Source of the DNA: an uncultured Actinomycetes bacterium
GTDB lineage: Bacteria > Actinomycetota > Thermoleophilia > UBA2241
DNA length: 64,000 nt
Assembly: GCA_963755025.1 (NCBI GenBank)
Contig: CAVWIH010000015.1
Span: 1 to 64,000 of the forward strand
Reading direction: 5' to 3'
The notes beneath the pieces are model-generated. The model was not told the DNA's origin and did not search any database. It saw only the letters and a list, made by a program, of their open reading frames with translations. Numbering within the stretch: the stretch's first letter is position 1; every line of letters begins with the position of its first letter. This document shows, piece after piece, positions 37,270-46,440 of this stretch. The position numbers and the translations under genes were made by a program.

Positions 37270-38511
37270 ATGAGCGACACCAAAGAGAGCCGGGCCGCGG
37301 GCGCCGCCTTCGGGCTGTTCCTGCCGCCCGTGCGCAGGCTGCTGGGCCCGGGGCCTTCAGACGTGCACCCGCGGGTCCTCGCCGCCATGGCGCGGCCGAC
37401 GATCGGCCACCTCGACCCTGCGTTCGTCGCGATGATGGAGCAGGTCAAAGAGCTCCTGCGCTACGCCTTTCAGACCGAGAACGACGTCACGTTCCCCATC
37501 TCGGGGCCGGGCTCGGTGGGCATGGAGACCTGCTTTGTGAACCTGGTCGAGCCGGGCGATACCGTGGTGGTCTGCCGTAACGGGGTCTTCGGCGGCCGCA
37601 TGATCGAGAACGTGCGGCGCTGCGGCGGCACGGCCGTCGTGGTCGACGACGAGTGGGGCACGCCGGTCTCGGCGGCCAAGCTCGAGGCCGCCTTGTGCGC
37701 GCACCCCGAGGCGTCGGTGGTCGCCTTCGTGCAGGCCGAGACCTCGACGGGCGCGCTCACCGAGCCGGAGCCGCTGGTCGCCCTGGCCCACAGCCACGGC
37801 TGTCTCGCCATCGTCGACGCCGTGACGGCGCTGGGCGGCTCTCCGGTCAAGACCGACGAGTGGCAGATCGACGCCATCTACAGCGGCAGCCAGAAATGCC
37901 TGTCGTGCCCGCCCGGCCTGGCGCCGGTAAGCTTTGGCGCCCGCGCCGTGGCGAAGGTCCAGGCGCGCACCACCGAGTGCCAGAGCTGGTTCATGGACCT
38001 CGCGCTGCAGCTGGGGTACTGGTCGGCCGGTCCGCGCACCTACCATCACACGGCTCCGATCAACGCCCTCTACGGCCTGCACGAAGCCCTGCTCATGCTG
38101 CACGAAGAGGGGCTCGAGCCCGCCTGGCGGCGCCATCGCCGCAATCACGAGGCGCTGGCCGCCGGCCTGCACGCCATGGGGGTCGCGCTGTTCGTCGACG
38201 AGCGCGACTGCCTGCCGCAGCTCAACATGGTGGTCATCCCCGAGGGCGTCGACGACGCCGCCGCCCGCGGCCGGCTGCTCGAGCAGTTCGGCATCGAGGT
38301 GGGCGGCGGCTTGGGCGCGCTGGCCGGCAAGGTGTGGCGCGTCGGGCTCATGGGCTACGCGAGCCGCGAAGACAACGTGCTCGCCTTCCTGACGGCCCTT
38401 GAGTCGGTCCTTGCCGCGCAGGGGCGCCCGGTCGCCGCCGGCGAAGGCGAGGCGGCCGCTCGCCGGGCGTACGCCGCGTCCGCCGGGACGGGCGCGGCGG
38501 GCAGCCGCTGA
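37270..38511 (+). CDS. Alanine-glyoxylate/serine-pyruvate aminotransferase (PLP class V)
   Basis: LLGPGPS, GHLDP, AETSTG, VDAV, SGSQKCLSCPPG, YHHTAP, WRVGLMG. Confidence 0.95.
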   Translation: MSDTKESRAAGAAFGLFLPPVRRLLGPGPSDVHPRVLAAMARPTIGHLDPAFVAMMEQVKELLRYAFQTENDVTFPISGPGSVGMETCFVNLVEPGDTVVVCRNGVFGGRMIENVRRCGGTAVVVDDEWGTPVSAAKLEAALCAHPEASVVAFVQAETSTGALTEPEPLVALAHSHGCLAIVDAVTALGGSPVKTDEWQIDAIYSGSQKCLSCPPGLAPVSFGARAVAKVQARTTECQSWFMDLALQLGYWSAGPRTYHHTAPINALYGLHEALLMLHEEGLEPAWRRHRRNHEALAAGLHAMGVALFVDERDCLPQLNMVVIPEGVDDAAARGRLLEQFGIEVGGGLGALAGKVWRVGLMGYASREDNVLAFLTALESVLAAQGRPVAAGEGEAAARRAYAASAGTGAAGSR

Positions 38512-38776
38512 GGCCCGCCCGCCGGTAGCATTCTCTGACCGGACCGCAGGCTTGCAGAACGCCCTCAGTCGATCAGTATGCAGACAAGGGTCTGCGCACC
38601 TGCGGGGCCGATCCGGAGAGTGCGACGCGGGCCGCCATCGCACGCGTCGCGAGAGCCGCGCAAGGTGCCCATCATCAGCAGCGCCGCCGCCCCGTGACGC
38701 TCACCGTGCACCGGTAGACGACCCCGGCGCTCAAGGATCCCGTTCTCGCCGTCGACCTTTGCAGGCGACGCACGAC

Positions 38777-38872
38777 CGTTTCACCGGTCCCGGCACGTTC
38801 TACCTGCAGACCCGGAGCACCGCGGCCTTCGTGAGCTGGCTCGTGCCGCTGCTGCCCAAGACCAACGACTGA
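38777..38872 (+). pseudogene. C-terminal remnant of an AIM24/TIGR00266-family gene
   Basis: RFTGPGTFYLQTRS...F.SWL.P.LP; no upstream body. Confidence 0.65.
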
Positions 38873-38991
38873 GAAGGTGCGCCCTGGGCGGAACGGGGCC
38901 GGCGGCAGCCGGCGGTCACGGCGAAGAGTGGCGGCGGTCGGAGTGATACCATCTCGCGGCACGCCCAACCTCTGACCCGGGGAAGCCGCTG

Positions 38992-39831
38992 ATGCTGGCC
39001 GCCGCCCTCGCCCTGCTCGCCAGCCTCTCGTGGGGCACGTCCGACTTTCTCGCCGGCCTGCAGGCGCGGCGTTCCACCGCCTGGACGGCCGCCCTGGGCG
39101 GTCAGCTGGTGGCGTCGCTTTCGCTGATCGTCCTGCTGATCGCGATCGCGCCGGCGCGCCCCACGCTGGCCGCCATGGCGGCGCCCCTGGCGGGTGGCGC
39201 GGTGGGCGGCATCGGGGTCGTGCTGCAGTACCGGGCGCTGGCGCTCGTCGATATGAGCGTGGTCTCGCCGATCATCGCGGGCGCCGCCCTGGTGCCGGTG
39301 CTCTGGGGCGCGGCCATCGGCGAGCGGCCGGGCGGGCTGCAGATCGCCGGCATCGTGCTGACGCTCACCGGCATCCTCCTCATCTCGCGACGGGCGACGG
39401 GCGTCGTCGCGGCCGCTCTGGACCGCACCGGGGTGCTCGTGGCGGTGGCCGCCGCGGCCGCCTTCGGGCTGTTCCTGGTCGCCCTCAAGTACGGCGGCAA
39501 GGCCGATCCGCTGTGGACCGTGACCGTGGCGCGTACGGCGGCGGTGCTCATGCTGCTGGCCGTGGCCGGCGTGACACGGCCCGCCATCGCCCTGCGCCGC
39601 CACGCCCTGCCGGCGCTCGTGGTCGTCGGCCTGCTGATCGTGGCGGCCAACCTGCTGTTCACCTCGGCCACCACGCTCGGCTACCTGAGCATCGTGGGCG
39701 TGCTCGGCTGGCTCAACCCGGCCGTCACCATGGGCTGGGCGCGGGTCATGTTGCACGAGCGCCTGCGGCCCTTGCAGGTGGGCGCGGCCGTCCTCGTGTT
39801 CGCCGGCATCGTGTGCCTCACGCTGGGGTGA
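38992..39831 (+). CDS. EamA/DMT transporter
   Basis: SWGTSDFLAG, YRALA..MSVVSP, NPAVT...LHERL. Confidence 0.9.
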   Translation: MLAAALALLASLSWGTSDFLAGLQARRSTAWTAALGGQLVASLSLIVLLIAIAPARPTLAAMAAPLAGGAVGGIGVVLQYRALALVDMSVVSPIIAGAALVPVLWGAAIGERPGGLQIAGIVLTLTGILLISRRATGVVAAALDRTGVLVAVAAAAAFGLFLVALKYGGKADPLWTVTVARTAAVLMLLAVAGVTRPAIALRRHALPALVVVGLLIVAANLLFTSATTLGYLSIVGVLGWLNPAVTMGWARVMLHERLRPLQVGAAVLVFAGIVCLTLG

Positions 39832-39959
39832 GGCGGGGCCGCCCGGTCGCCGCCGGCGTGCGACGCACGCGCTCCAAGGCTCGTGCGTCGCGTACCCTGC
39901 CGCGCCATCGCATATAGTTCGGTGCGACGCTGCCTCGACCGATCGCCCGGAGGTGCCTC

Positions 39960-40421
39960 GTGGACGCGCTCGACCGCGACATCCTGATCGCCCTGCAACT
40001 CGACGGACGCCAGACCAACGCCCACCTGGCGGAGTCGCTGGGTCTGTCGGCGTCGGCCATGCTGGAGCGGGTGCGGAGGCTCGAGCAAGGCGGCCAGATC
40101 CTCGGCTACCGCGCGGTCGTCGCCCCCGACGCGCTCGACCTCGGCATCCAGGCGGTGATCGGCGTGCGGCTGCGCGTGCACGGACACGAGTCGATCGAGC
40201 AGTTCGAGCGGCGCATAGGCGACGTCGCCGGAGTCGCCGGCTGCAGCCACGTGACCGGCGCCTACGACTACCTGGTGCGCATCGCGGTGCGCGACCTCGC
40301 CGCGCTGCGCGAGCTGATCCGCGTCGACATCGCCGCCATCCCCGGCGTCTCCAAGCTCGAGACCATGCTGGTCCTCTCCGAGGTCAAGCCCTTCGTCGGC
40401 TGGCCCGCACTGCCGCGCTAG
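39960..40421 (+). CDS. Lrp/AsnC-family regulator
   Basis: LDRDILIALQLDGR...ERVRRLE..G.I.GY, VTGAYDY. Confidence 0.95.
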   Translation: MDALDRDILIALQLDGRQTNAHLAESLGLSASAMLERVRRLEQGGQILGYRAVVAPDALDLGIQAVIGVRLRVHGHESIEQFERRIGDVAGVAGCSHVTGAYDYLVRIAVRDLAALRELIRVDIAAIPGVSKLETMLVLSEVKPFVGWPALPR

Positions 40422-40671
40422 CCGGCGCAGATTCTGCGGGAGCGCGTGTACGGCGCCCGGCTTGCGTGCGCGGCGACGGCAGGGATGCTCACTCGGGCAC
40501 CGAAGAATCTGCGGAATCCTGCCGTTGCGTCGACGGTTCGGCATGCGCCATGCCATCATGCCGCAGGAACTCCGTCTCCTCTGGGCCGCGACTGGTCGGG
40601 ACAGGCCCGCTGTCTGGGGTCGGGGCGGTGAGGCCGCCAGTGCGGCGGCGCGTTGGAGCGGGAGGTATACG

Positions 40672-42034
40672 ATGGCAGACGACGGGCAGGCATTCGACGA
40701 CCGGACGGCCGCGCGCTCAGCCGCCGGCGCGAGCGGCGAAGACAGGGCCGCGCTGCGCGCGCGCCTGGCGCTCGCCCCAGCCGGCATCGCCGCCGTCAAC
40801 GCCCTGCTCACCGGCGCCGACAGTCCCCTGGTCGACGGCCTCCTCGACCTGGTCGAGCGCTACGGCGGCGTCGCCGAGATCAACCGCAAAGCGGCCCGGG
40901 CCGAGCTGCCTGGAGACGCGGCTCGAGCGCCTGCGCGCCGAGGGGTCACCCTATCTCGACGGCCTCGAGTGGCTGCGCGAGCAGCGCGACCGCGGCGCCT
41001 TCGTGACGTTGGCCGAGTACCGGCGAGGGGTGCTGGGCGCCGGCGCCGACGCCACGGCCGCCGACGAGGCCCGCGCCGTGACCCTCGAGATCAGCGCCCT
41101 GCAGTTCTTTCCCTGGCTGATCGCCGAGGCGCGGCAGGCGATCGCGCGCCGCGAGCTCATGCCCGGGCGCTACATCCGCGTGCGCAACATGGCCGAGCAG
41201 TCGGCCGCCGGCGACGACATCGTGGCCGTGGCGGCCGCCATGCAGGTGATCGGCGCCTCGCACGTGGAGACGCTCGACACGCGCGGCATCGACGGCAGCA
41301 ACGTCATGCTCGGTGGCCCCGATACGATCACCGGCTACTTCGGCGGCATCGGGCAGCCCAACGAGTACCCGCTGCGCTGGGCCGACGAGTACCTGCGCTA
41401 CCTCACCGAGTACGGCATCCGGCAGGTGCTGAACGTCAACCCCGGCACGGTGCTGGTCGCGTTGCTGCTGCACAAGCTCGGCGTGCAGAACGAGTTCAAG
41501 GTCTCGGTCTTCATGGGCGTCGACAACCCGTTCTCGGTGCTCTGGCTGCTCCTGGGAGCGAGCCTGCTGGCCGCCGACGACGGCTCGACGAGCCTGGCCG
41601 GTCTCAACCTGTCGAACTCGGTCGACCTGACGATGCTTCGGGAGGCGGCCCAGGTGCGCGACGCCCTGGGCCTGACCGACGCGGTGCGCCTTGAGCACCA
41701 CGTCACCGAGGCCTACAAGTCGATCGTGCGCCAGCCCTACGAGCGACGCGACGAGCTCGTGGCCGCCGCCGCGACCGTCGCCAACCTGTCGGCCAAGCAC
41801 GAGGGCGGCGACCCCGGCGCCGAGGCGGCCGGCGAGCACCCGAGCGACATCTTCGACTACTTCCTGTCGCGCGACGAGATCGCCGCCGGCGGGCTCATGC
41901 CGGCGCTCGAGGCCTGCTACCTGGCCAAGCACGATGCCGTGAACCGCACCGCCGACGAGCTCACGAGAGCGGGCATCGGCGTGCGTCCGGCGGCGCTGCT
42001 GCACGCACCGGCGAGCGTGGCCTCGGGCGTCTGA
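40672..42034 (+). CDS. Uncharacterised enzyme-like protein (about 450 aa); +1 frameshift near 40904
   Basis: GGGAGGT RBS; N-part in the frame of ORF 40462, remainder in the frame of ORF 39953 ([48 protein letters not shown]); strong codon bias. Confidence 0.8.
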
Positions 42035-42069
42035 AGCCGTCGGCGGGCGGCCGCCCGCGCCGCCCAAAC

Positions 42070-42108
42070 GCTCAGCACTCTCACAGCTTCTTCTCAGCGC
42101 AACCTCTG
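42070..42108 (+). promoter_or_regulatory. OmpR/MprA-like direct repeats upstream of the sigma70 gene
   Basis: GCTCAG-N5-TCACAG-N5-TCTCAG-N5-CCTCTG, 11-bp period. Confidence 0.65.
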
Positions 42109-42122
42109 GCTGGTCGTCGACA

Positions 42123-43001
42123 ATGCAGAGCATGGAGGATCAAGCGCTACTCGATTACCGGCCCGACGCGCCCGCGACCGACGCGGTCAGGGCGTATCTC
42201 AACGCGATCGGCAGGACGCCGCTCTTGAGTGCCGCCGAAGAGGTCGCCCTGGCGCAGCGCATCGAGCGCGGCGACGCCGACGCCAAGCGCGCGCTCACCG
42301 AGGCCAACCTGCGACTCGTGGTCTCGATCGCCAAGCGGTACGGCAACCGCGGCATGTCGCTCGCCGACCTCATCCAGGAGGGCAACTGCGGGCTCATCCG
42401 CGCCGTCGAGAAGTTCGACTACCGCAAGGGGTACAGGTTCTCGACCTACGCCACCTGGTGGATCCGTCAGGCGGTCAGCCGCGGCCTCGCCGACCAGGGC
42501 CGCACCATCCGCATCCCGGTGCACATGGTCGAAAAGATGAACCGCCTGGCCGTCGTCGAACGGCGACTCGCGGAGACCCTGGGTCGCCAGCCTTCGAGCG
42601 ACGAGCTCGCGGCCGAGCTGCACGTCGACGTGGCCAAGGTGCGCGACATGCGCCGGCTCGCCGGTGAGACGATCGTGTCGCTCGACGTGGCGGTGGGCGG
42701 CGAGGGTGAGTCCGAGCTGCTCGACTTTGTCGAAGACCGGGCCGCCGCCGCTCCCGACGAGCTCGTCGGCGACGCCCTGCGCGAAGAGCACTTGAGCCGC
42801 CTGCTCGGCACCCTCGGGCCTCGCGACCGCGCCATGATCGAGTTGCGCTACGGGCTGCGCGGCGGCCGGCCCTGCAGCGTGCAGGAGGTCGGCGACCACT
42901 TCGGTCTGTCTCGCGAACGCATCCGCCAGATCGAGGCGACCATCCTGACGCGTCTGCGCGGCCGCCGAGAGGTACAAGGATTGCGCGATCTCCTCGACTA
43001 G
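42123..43001 (+). CDS. Group 2 (SigB/RpoS-like) sigma70 factor lacking region 1.1
   Basis: [53 protein letters not shown]. Confidence 0.92.
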   Translation: MQSMEDQALLDYRPDAPATDAVRAYLNAIGRTPLLSAAEEVALAQRIERGDADAKRALTEANLRLVVSIAKRYGNRGMSLADLIQEGNCGLIRAVEKFDYRKGYRFSTYATWWIRQAVSRGLADQGRTIRIPVHMVEKMNRLAVVERRLAETLGRQPSSDELAAELHVDVAKVRDMRRLAGETIVSLDVAVGGEGESELLDFVEDRAAAAPDELVGDALREEHLSRLLGTLGPRDRAMIELRYGLRGGRPCSVQEVGDHFGLSRERIRQIEATILTRLRGRREVQGLRDLLD

Positions 43002-43019
43002 CGACGAGAGGGGTACGAC

Positions 43020-43463
43020 ATGAGATGCGCCCAAGTCGCCACTGCCGCCGACTCCACGGCCGCGCCCGCGAGCGCGGCGTGGCTCGACCCCTACCGCCCC
43101 GTGGGCACCACAGCGCCGGCCGCCGAGTTCTCCGCCGAGTTGGTGTGGATGACCCCGCGCGTCGCGGTGGTCGCCCTGCGCGGCGAGCTCGACGCGTACA
43201 CGGCGCCGCGCTTTCGCGCCCTCACCGCGAGCGCGCTGCGTCGGGGAGCGACCGCCCTGGTCGTCGACTTGGACGAAGCCGAGTTCATCGACGCGGCCGG
43301 ACTGGGCGTCACGGCCGACCTCGCCCGCAGCCTCGGCGCGGGAGCGGTCGCGGTGATCGCGGGGCGATCGATGCAGCGTCTCGTGCGCATTGTCGGGCTC
43401 GACTCCGTGCTCTCACTCTGTGCGACGCGCGAGCAGGCGCTGCACGCGGTCGCGGCTGTCTGA
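43020..43463 (+). CDS. STAS-domain anti-sigma factor antagonist-like protein
   Basis: LRGELDAYTAP, VVDL...FIDAAGLG (the conserved phospho-acceptor Ser position is Ala). Confidence 0.85.
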   Translation: MRCAQVATAADSTAAPASAAWLDPYRPVGTTAPAAEFSAELVWMTPRVAVVALRGELDAYTAPRFRALTASALRRGATALVVDLDEAEFIDAAGLGVTADLARSLGAGAVAVIAGRSMQRLVRIVGLDSVLSLCATREQALHAVAAV

Positions 43464-43494
43464 GACCCAGGCCGGCGCGGGGCGGCGCGGCAGC

Positions 43495-43533
43495 CCACGG
43501 CAAGCTCTCAGCTCGCTCTCGCCGCCGGCTCAG
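43495..43533 (+). promoter_or_regulatory. OmpR/MprA-like direct repeats upstream of the BlaI-like gene
   Basis: CCACGG-N5-TCTCAG-N5-TCTCGC-N5-GCTCAG. Confidence 0.55.
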
Positions 43534-43643
43534 GCTGTCGCCTAACGCTCGACCGTCAGGATCCTGACAACGACCGCGCACCGGCGCCCGCGGCGCCGGT
43601 GCACGGGTTCACACCATGGCAAGCGACGACGCGGAGGGAACTC

Positions 43644-44063
43644 TTGTCAACGACACTACCGGCAGGCGGCCGATCGAAGAAGGTCAGGAGCCTGAGCCCG
43701 CTCGGCCCCCTCGAAGTCGATGTCCTCACCCTCATCTGGGAGTCGGAGCCGACCACGGTGCGTGCGGTCTATGAGACCGTGCGGCTGCGCCGCCCGATCG
43801 CCTACACGACCTGCATGACCGTCATGGGCAGCTTGGTGCGCAAAGGGTTCCTGGCGGTCGACAAGGGCGTGGTCCCGTACCTCTACCGCGTGGCGATGGC
43901 GCCCGAAGAGGTGGGAGGCATGGTCCTCGACAGCGTCGTGGCCCACCTGTGGCGCGGCGACCGTGGCGCCGCACTGGCCGAGCTGCTCGGCCTGCCGCAG
44001 GCGCTCGACGAGCGCCAGACAGACGATCTACGCCGCGAAGCCCGCGAGCGCTTCGGCGTGTGA
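43644..44063 (+). CDS. BlaI/MecI/CopY-family repressor
   Basis: LGPLEVDVL..IW...TVRAV...IAYTTCMTVM..LVRKG; GGAGG RBS before a TTG. Confidence 0.88.
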   Translation: MSTTLPAGGRSKKVRSLSPLGPLEVDVLTLIWESEPTTVRAVYETVRLRRPIAYTTCMTVMGSLVRKGFLAVDKGVVPYLYRVAMAPEEVGGMVLDSVVAHLWRGDRGAALAELLGLPQALDERQTDDLRREARERFGV

Positions 44064-44143
44064 CCGCCCGACGCGGCGAGGGCCGGGGCGACGTCGGGCG
44101 CCCCGCCCTCGCCGTTTTGTGCGCCGGTCCGGCCGGCTCTTCG

Positions 44144-44878
44144 CTAGGCGATGGCCAGGGCGGCCGGCTCCGGCGTCGAGGAGGGTCGGTCGTCGGCGAG
44201 CCGCGAGTCGGAGCTCGTCACCTCACCGGCGTCGAGCCAGAGGCGCCGTGAAGCCCGATCGGCGACGCGGCTGTCGTGGGTCACCATGATGATCGTCTGG
44301 GCGCGCCCACCCCAGAGGTCTTCGAGCAGGACGACGATCTCGTCGCGCGTGCGTTCGTCTAAGTTGCCGGTCGGCTCGTCGGCCAGGATGACGCGCGGCG
44401 CGCCCACCAGGGCGCGCGCTATGGCGACGCGTTGCTGCTCGCCGCCCGAGAGCTCGACGGGGACATGACGGGTGCGATCGGTCAGGCCGACTTCGGCCAG
44501 GGCCGCCTGCGCCCGCTCGGCGCGCTCGCCCGAGGGCGTGCCGAGCGGCACCAGGGCCGTCTCCACGTTCTCCTGGGCGGTCAGCGTGGGGATCAGGTTG
44601 AAACCCTGGAAGATGAAGCCGAACGCCTGGGCGCGCAGCTCGCCGAGCTGGGTCTCGCGCATGGTGGCGAGGTCGCGACCTTCGAAGCGCACCGCGCCGG
44701 CAGTGGGCCGGTCGAGCGCTCCGAGCATCTGCAGGAGCGTCGTCTTGCCCGATCCGGTCGAGCCCTGGATGGCCAGGAACTCGCCCTCGGCGATCGAGAG
44801 GTCCACGCCCTTCAGAGCGGCCACTCGCTGTTTGGCGCGCTGGTAGCGCTTTTGCACGTTCTGCAGTTCGTAGAGCAT
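44144..44878 (-). CDS. ABC transporter ATP-binding protein (LolD/MacB-type)
   Basis: GSTGSGKTT, LSGGEQQRVAIARAL, ADEPTGNLD, VTHD. Confidence 0.95.
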   Translation of the reverse strand: MLYELQNVQKRYQRAKQRVAALKGVDLSIAEGEFLAIQGSTGSGKTTLLQMLGALDRPTAGAVRFEGRDLATMRETQLGELRAQAFGFIFQGFNLIPTLTAQENVETALVPLGTPSGERAERAQAALAEVGLTDRTRHVPVELSGGEQQRVAIARALVGAPRVILADEPTGNLDERTRDEIVVLLEDLWGGRAQTIIMVTHDSRVADRASRRLWLDAGEVTSSDSRLADDRPSSTPEPAALAIA

Positions 44879-44904
44879 GAGGAACTCCTTTTCGGTAACG
44901 GTCG

Positions 44905-46326
44905 TCAGTCGACCCGGCGCAGGGCGTCGGCGGGGCTCAGGCGCGCGGCCCGCCAGCCGCCCAAGGTTCCGGCTACGAGGGCGCCGGCCATGGCGAGCGC
45001 CACGGCGCTGCCCACGAGTTGCGGCGTGATGGCCGCGTGCAGGTAGACGGTCACCGTGTTCGCTACAGCGGAGACCGCCGCGCCGGGGCCTTGCCGCACG
45101 CTGCCCGCGCTGTTTGCCATCGTGGCCTGCAGGCTCGGCGACAGCACGCCGATGACCTTCGTGGCGACGAGCGCCAGCGCGACGCCGGCGACGCCGCCGG
45201 CGATACCCATGACGGTCGCCTCGCCGAGGACCTGGGCGACGACCCGCCGGCTGCGCCAGCCCAGGGCCTTGAGCGTGCCGAACTCGCGCACGCGGCGGCC
45301 GACGGCCGACAGCGTGAGCAGGCTGGCCACGGCGACCGCGGCGACCATGGCCGCTGCGGCGAGCCACGTGCCAAGCTCGCCGGCGAGCTTTGAGGCGCTG
45401 CTGAGCGAGCCGCTGACCTGCTTTGCCAGGTCCTGGGCGGTGGTCACGGTGGCGCCCGAGACGGTCTGTTTGATCTCGCTCTTGACGGTGGCGATCTGCG
45501 TGGCGCTGGTCGCCTTGACGTAGATCTCGTTGACCTTGCCCTGTTCGCCGGCGAGCGTCTGGGCCTGCTGGAGGGGCACGTAGATGTCGATCGACGCGGT
45601 CGTCGACTTGCTGATGCCGATCACCTTGAACGAGCTGCTGCCGAGCTTCACGGTGCCGCCCACGACGAGGCTGTGCTGCCTGGCGTACCCCGCGTCGACT
45701 ATGGCGACCTTGGCGTCGGTCTCGCCGGCCGCGAAGCGGCGGCCGCCGGTGATCGTCGCCGAGCTCAGCCGCCCGACGCTCTGGTTCGAGACGTCGATGC
45801 CGGCGATCGTCAGGCTGCTGATCTTGATGGGCGCCTGGCTGGCCTTCGCCGAGCTCGTGCCCGACGCCGAGGGCTGCGCCGGGGCGCCGCCCGACGCCGA
45901 ACCCGTGCCGGTCGCCTTGGCGAACTTGCCGCTCACCTGCATCGACGACAGCGTCAGCCCGCCGACCGCCGAGCTCACGCCCTTCAGGGAGCTGATCGAG
46001 GCGACCTTCGTCTCGGAGACCAGGGCCAGCCCGTTCGTCGTGGTCACGGCGGCGCGCGAGAAGCTCTGGCCCTGCTTCTGTTTGCTGCCGGGGTTCATGG
46101 CGATCTGTTGGGGACCGCCTGAGCCCTGCGTCGCCGTCCTGGTGACGCTGATGTCGGTGCCCACGCCGTAGAGGGAGTGGAGCACCTGGCTCTGCGCGTT
46201 GCGTACACCGCCGGCGGTCGCCGAGACGGTCACGACCAGGCAGATGCCGAGCGCCAGGCCGAGCGCCGTGAGGGCGGCCTGCCGGTGTCGCCGGCGCAGC
46301 TCGCGGAACAGGTAGGTCAAGAACAC
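44905..46326 (-). CDS. MacB/FtsX-type ABC transporter permease
   Basis: N-terminal TM, large extracytoplasmic domain, RRVREFGTLKALGW, AARLSPADALR. Confidence 0.92.
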   Translation of the reverse strand: MFLTYLFRELRRRHRQAALTALGLALGICLVVTVSATAGGVRNAQSQVLHSLYGVGTDISVTRTATQGSGGPQQIAMNPGSKQKQGQSFSRAAVTTTNGLALVSETKVASISSLKGVSSAVGGLTLSSMQVSGKFAKATGTGSASGGAPAQPSASGTSSAKASQAPIKISSLTIAGIDVSNQSVGRLSSATITGGRRFAAGETDAKVAIVDAGYARQHSLVVGGTVKLGSSSFKVIGISKSTTASIDIYVPLQQAQTLAGEQGKVNEIYVKATSATQIATVKSEIKQTVSGATVTTAQDLAKQVSGSLSSASKLAGELGTWLAAAAMVAAVAVASLLTLSAVGRRVREFGTLKALGWRSRRVVAQVLGEATVMGIAGGVAGVALALVATKVIGVLSPSLQATMANSAGSVRQGPGAAVSAVANTVTVYLHAAITPQLVGSAVALAMAGALVAGTLGGWRAARLSPADALRRVD

Positions 46327-46393
46327 GTGTGCCTCCCAGACTCGTTTCACAGATGGTGCGACCCCCACTGTGCACGCCGCCCTTGAAGCCTGG

Positions 46394-46421
46394 CGGTGAG
46401 TCTGTGGTGAGCTTGCTGTGA
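46394..46421 (-). promoter_or_regulatory. OmpR/MprA-like direct repeats upstream of the ABC exporter
   Basis: Minus strand TCACAG-N5-TCACCA-N5-TCACCG. Confidence 0.55.
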
Positions 46422-46440
46422 AGGTCTCGGAGAGGTGCGG

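Noticed and set aside
38525-38625. Possible small structured RNA (CCGCAGG...CCTGCGG enclosing a GCAGAC/GTCTGC hairpin)
   Set aside because: Short stems in GC-rich DNA, no match to a known family and no terminator
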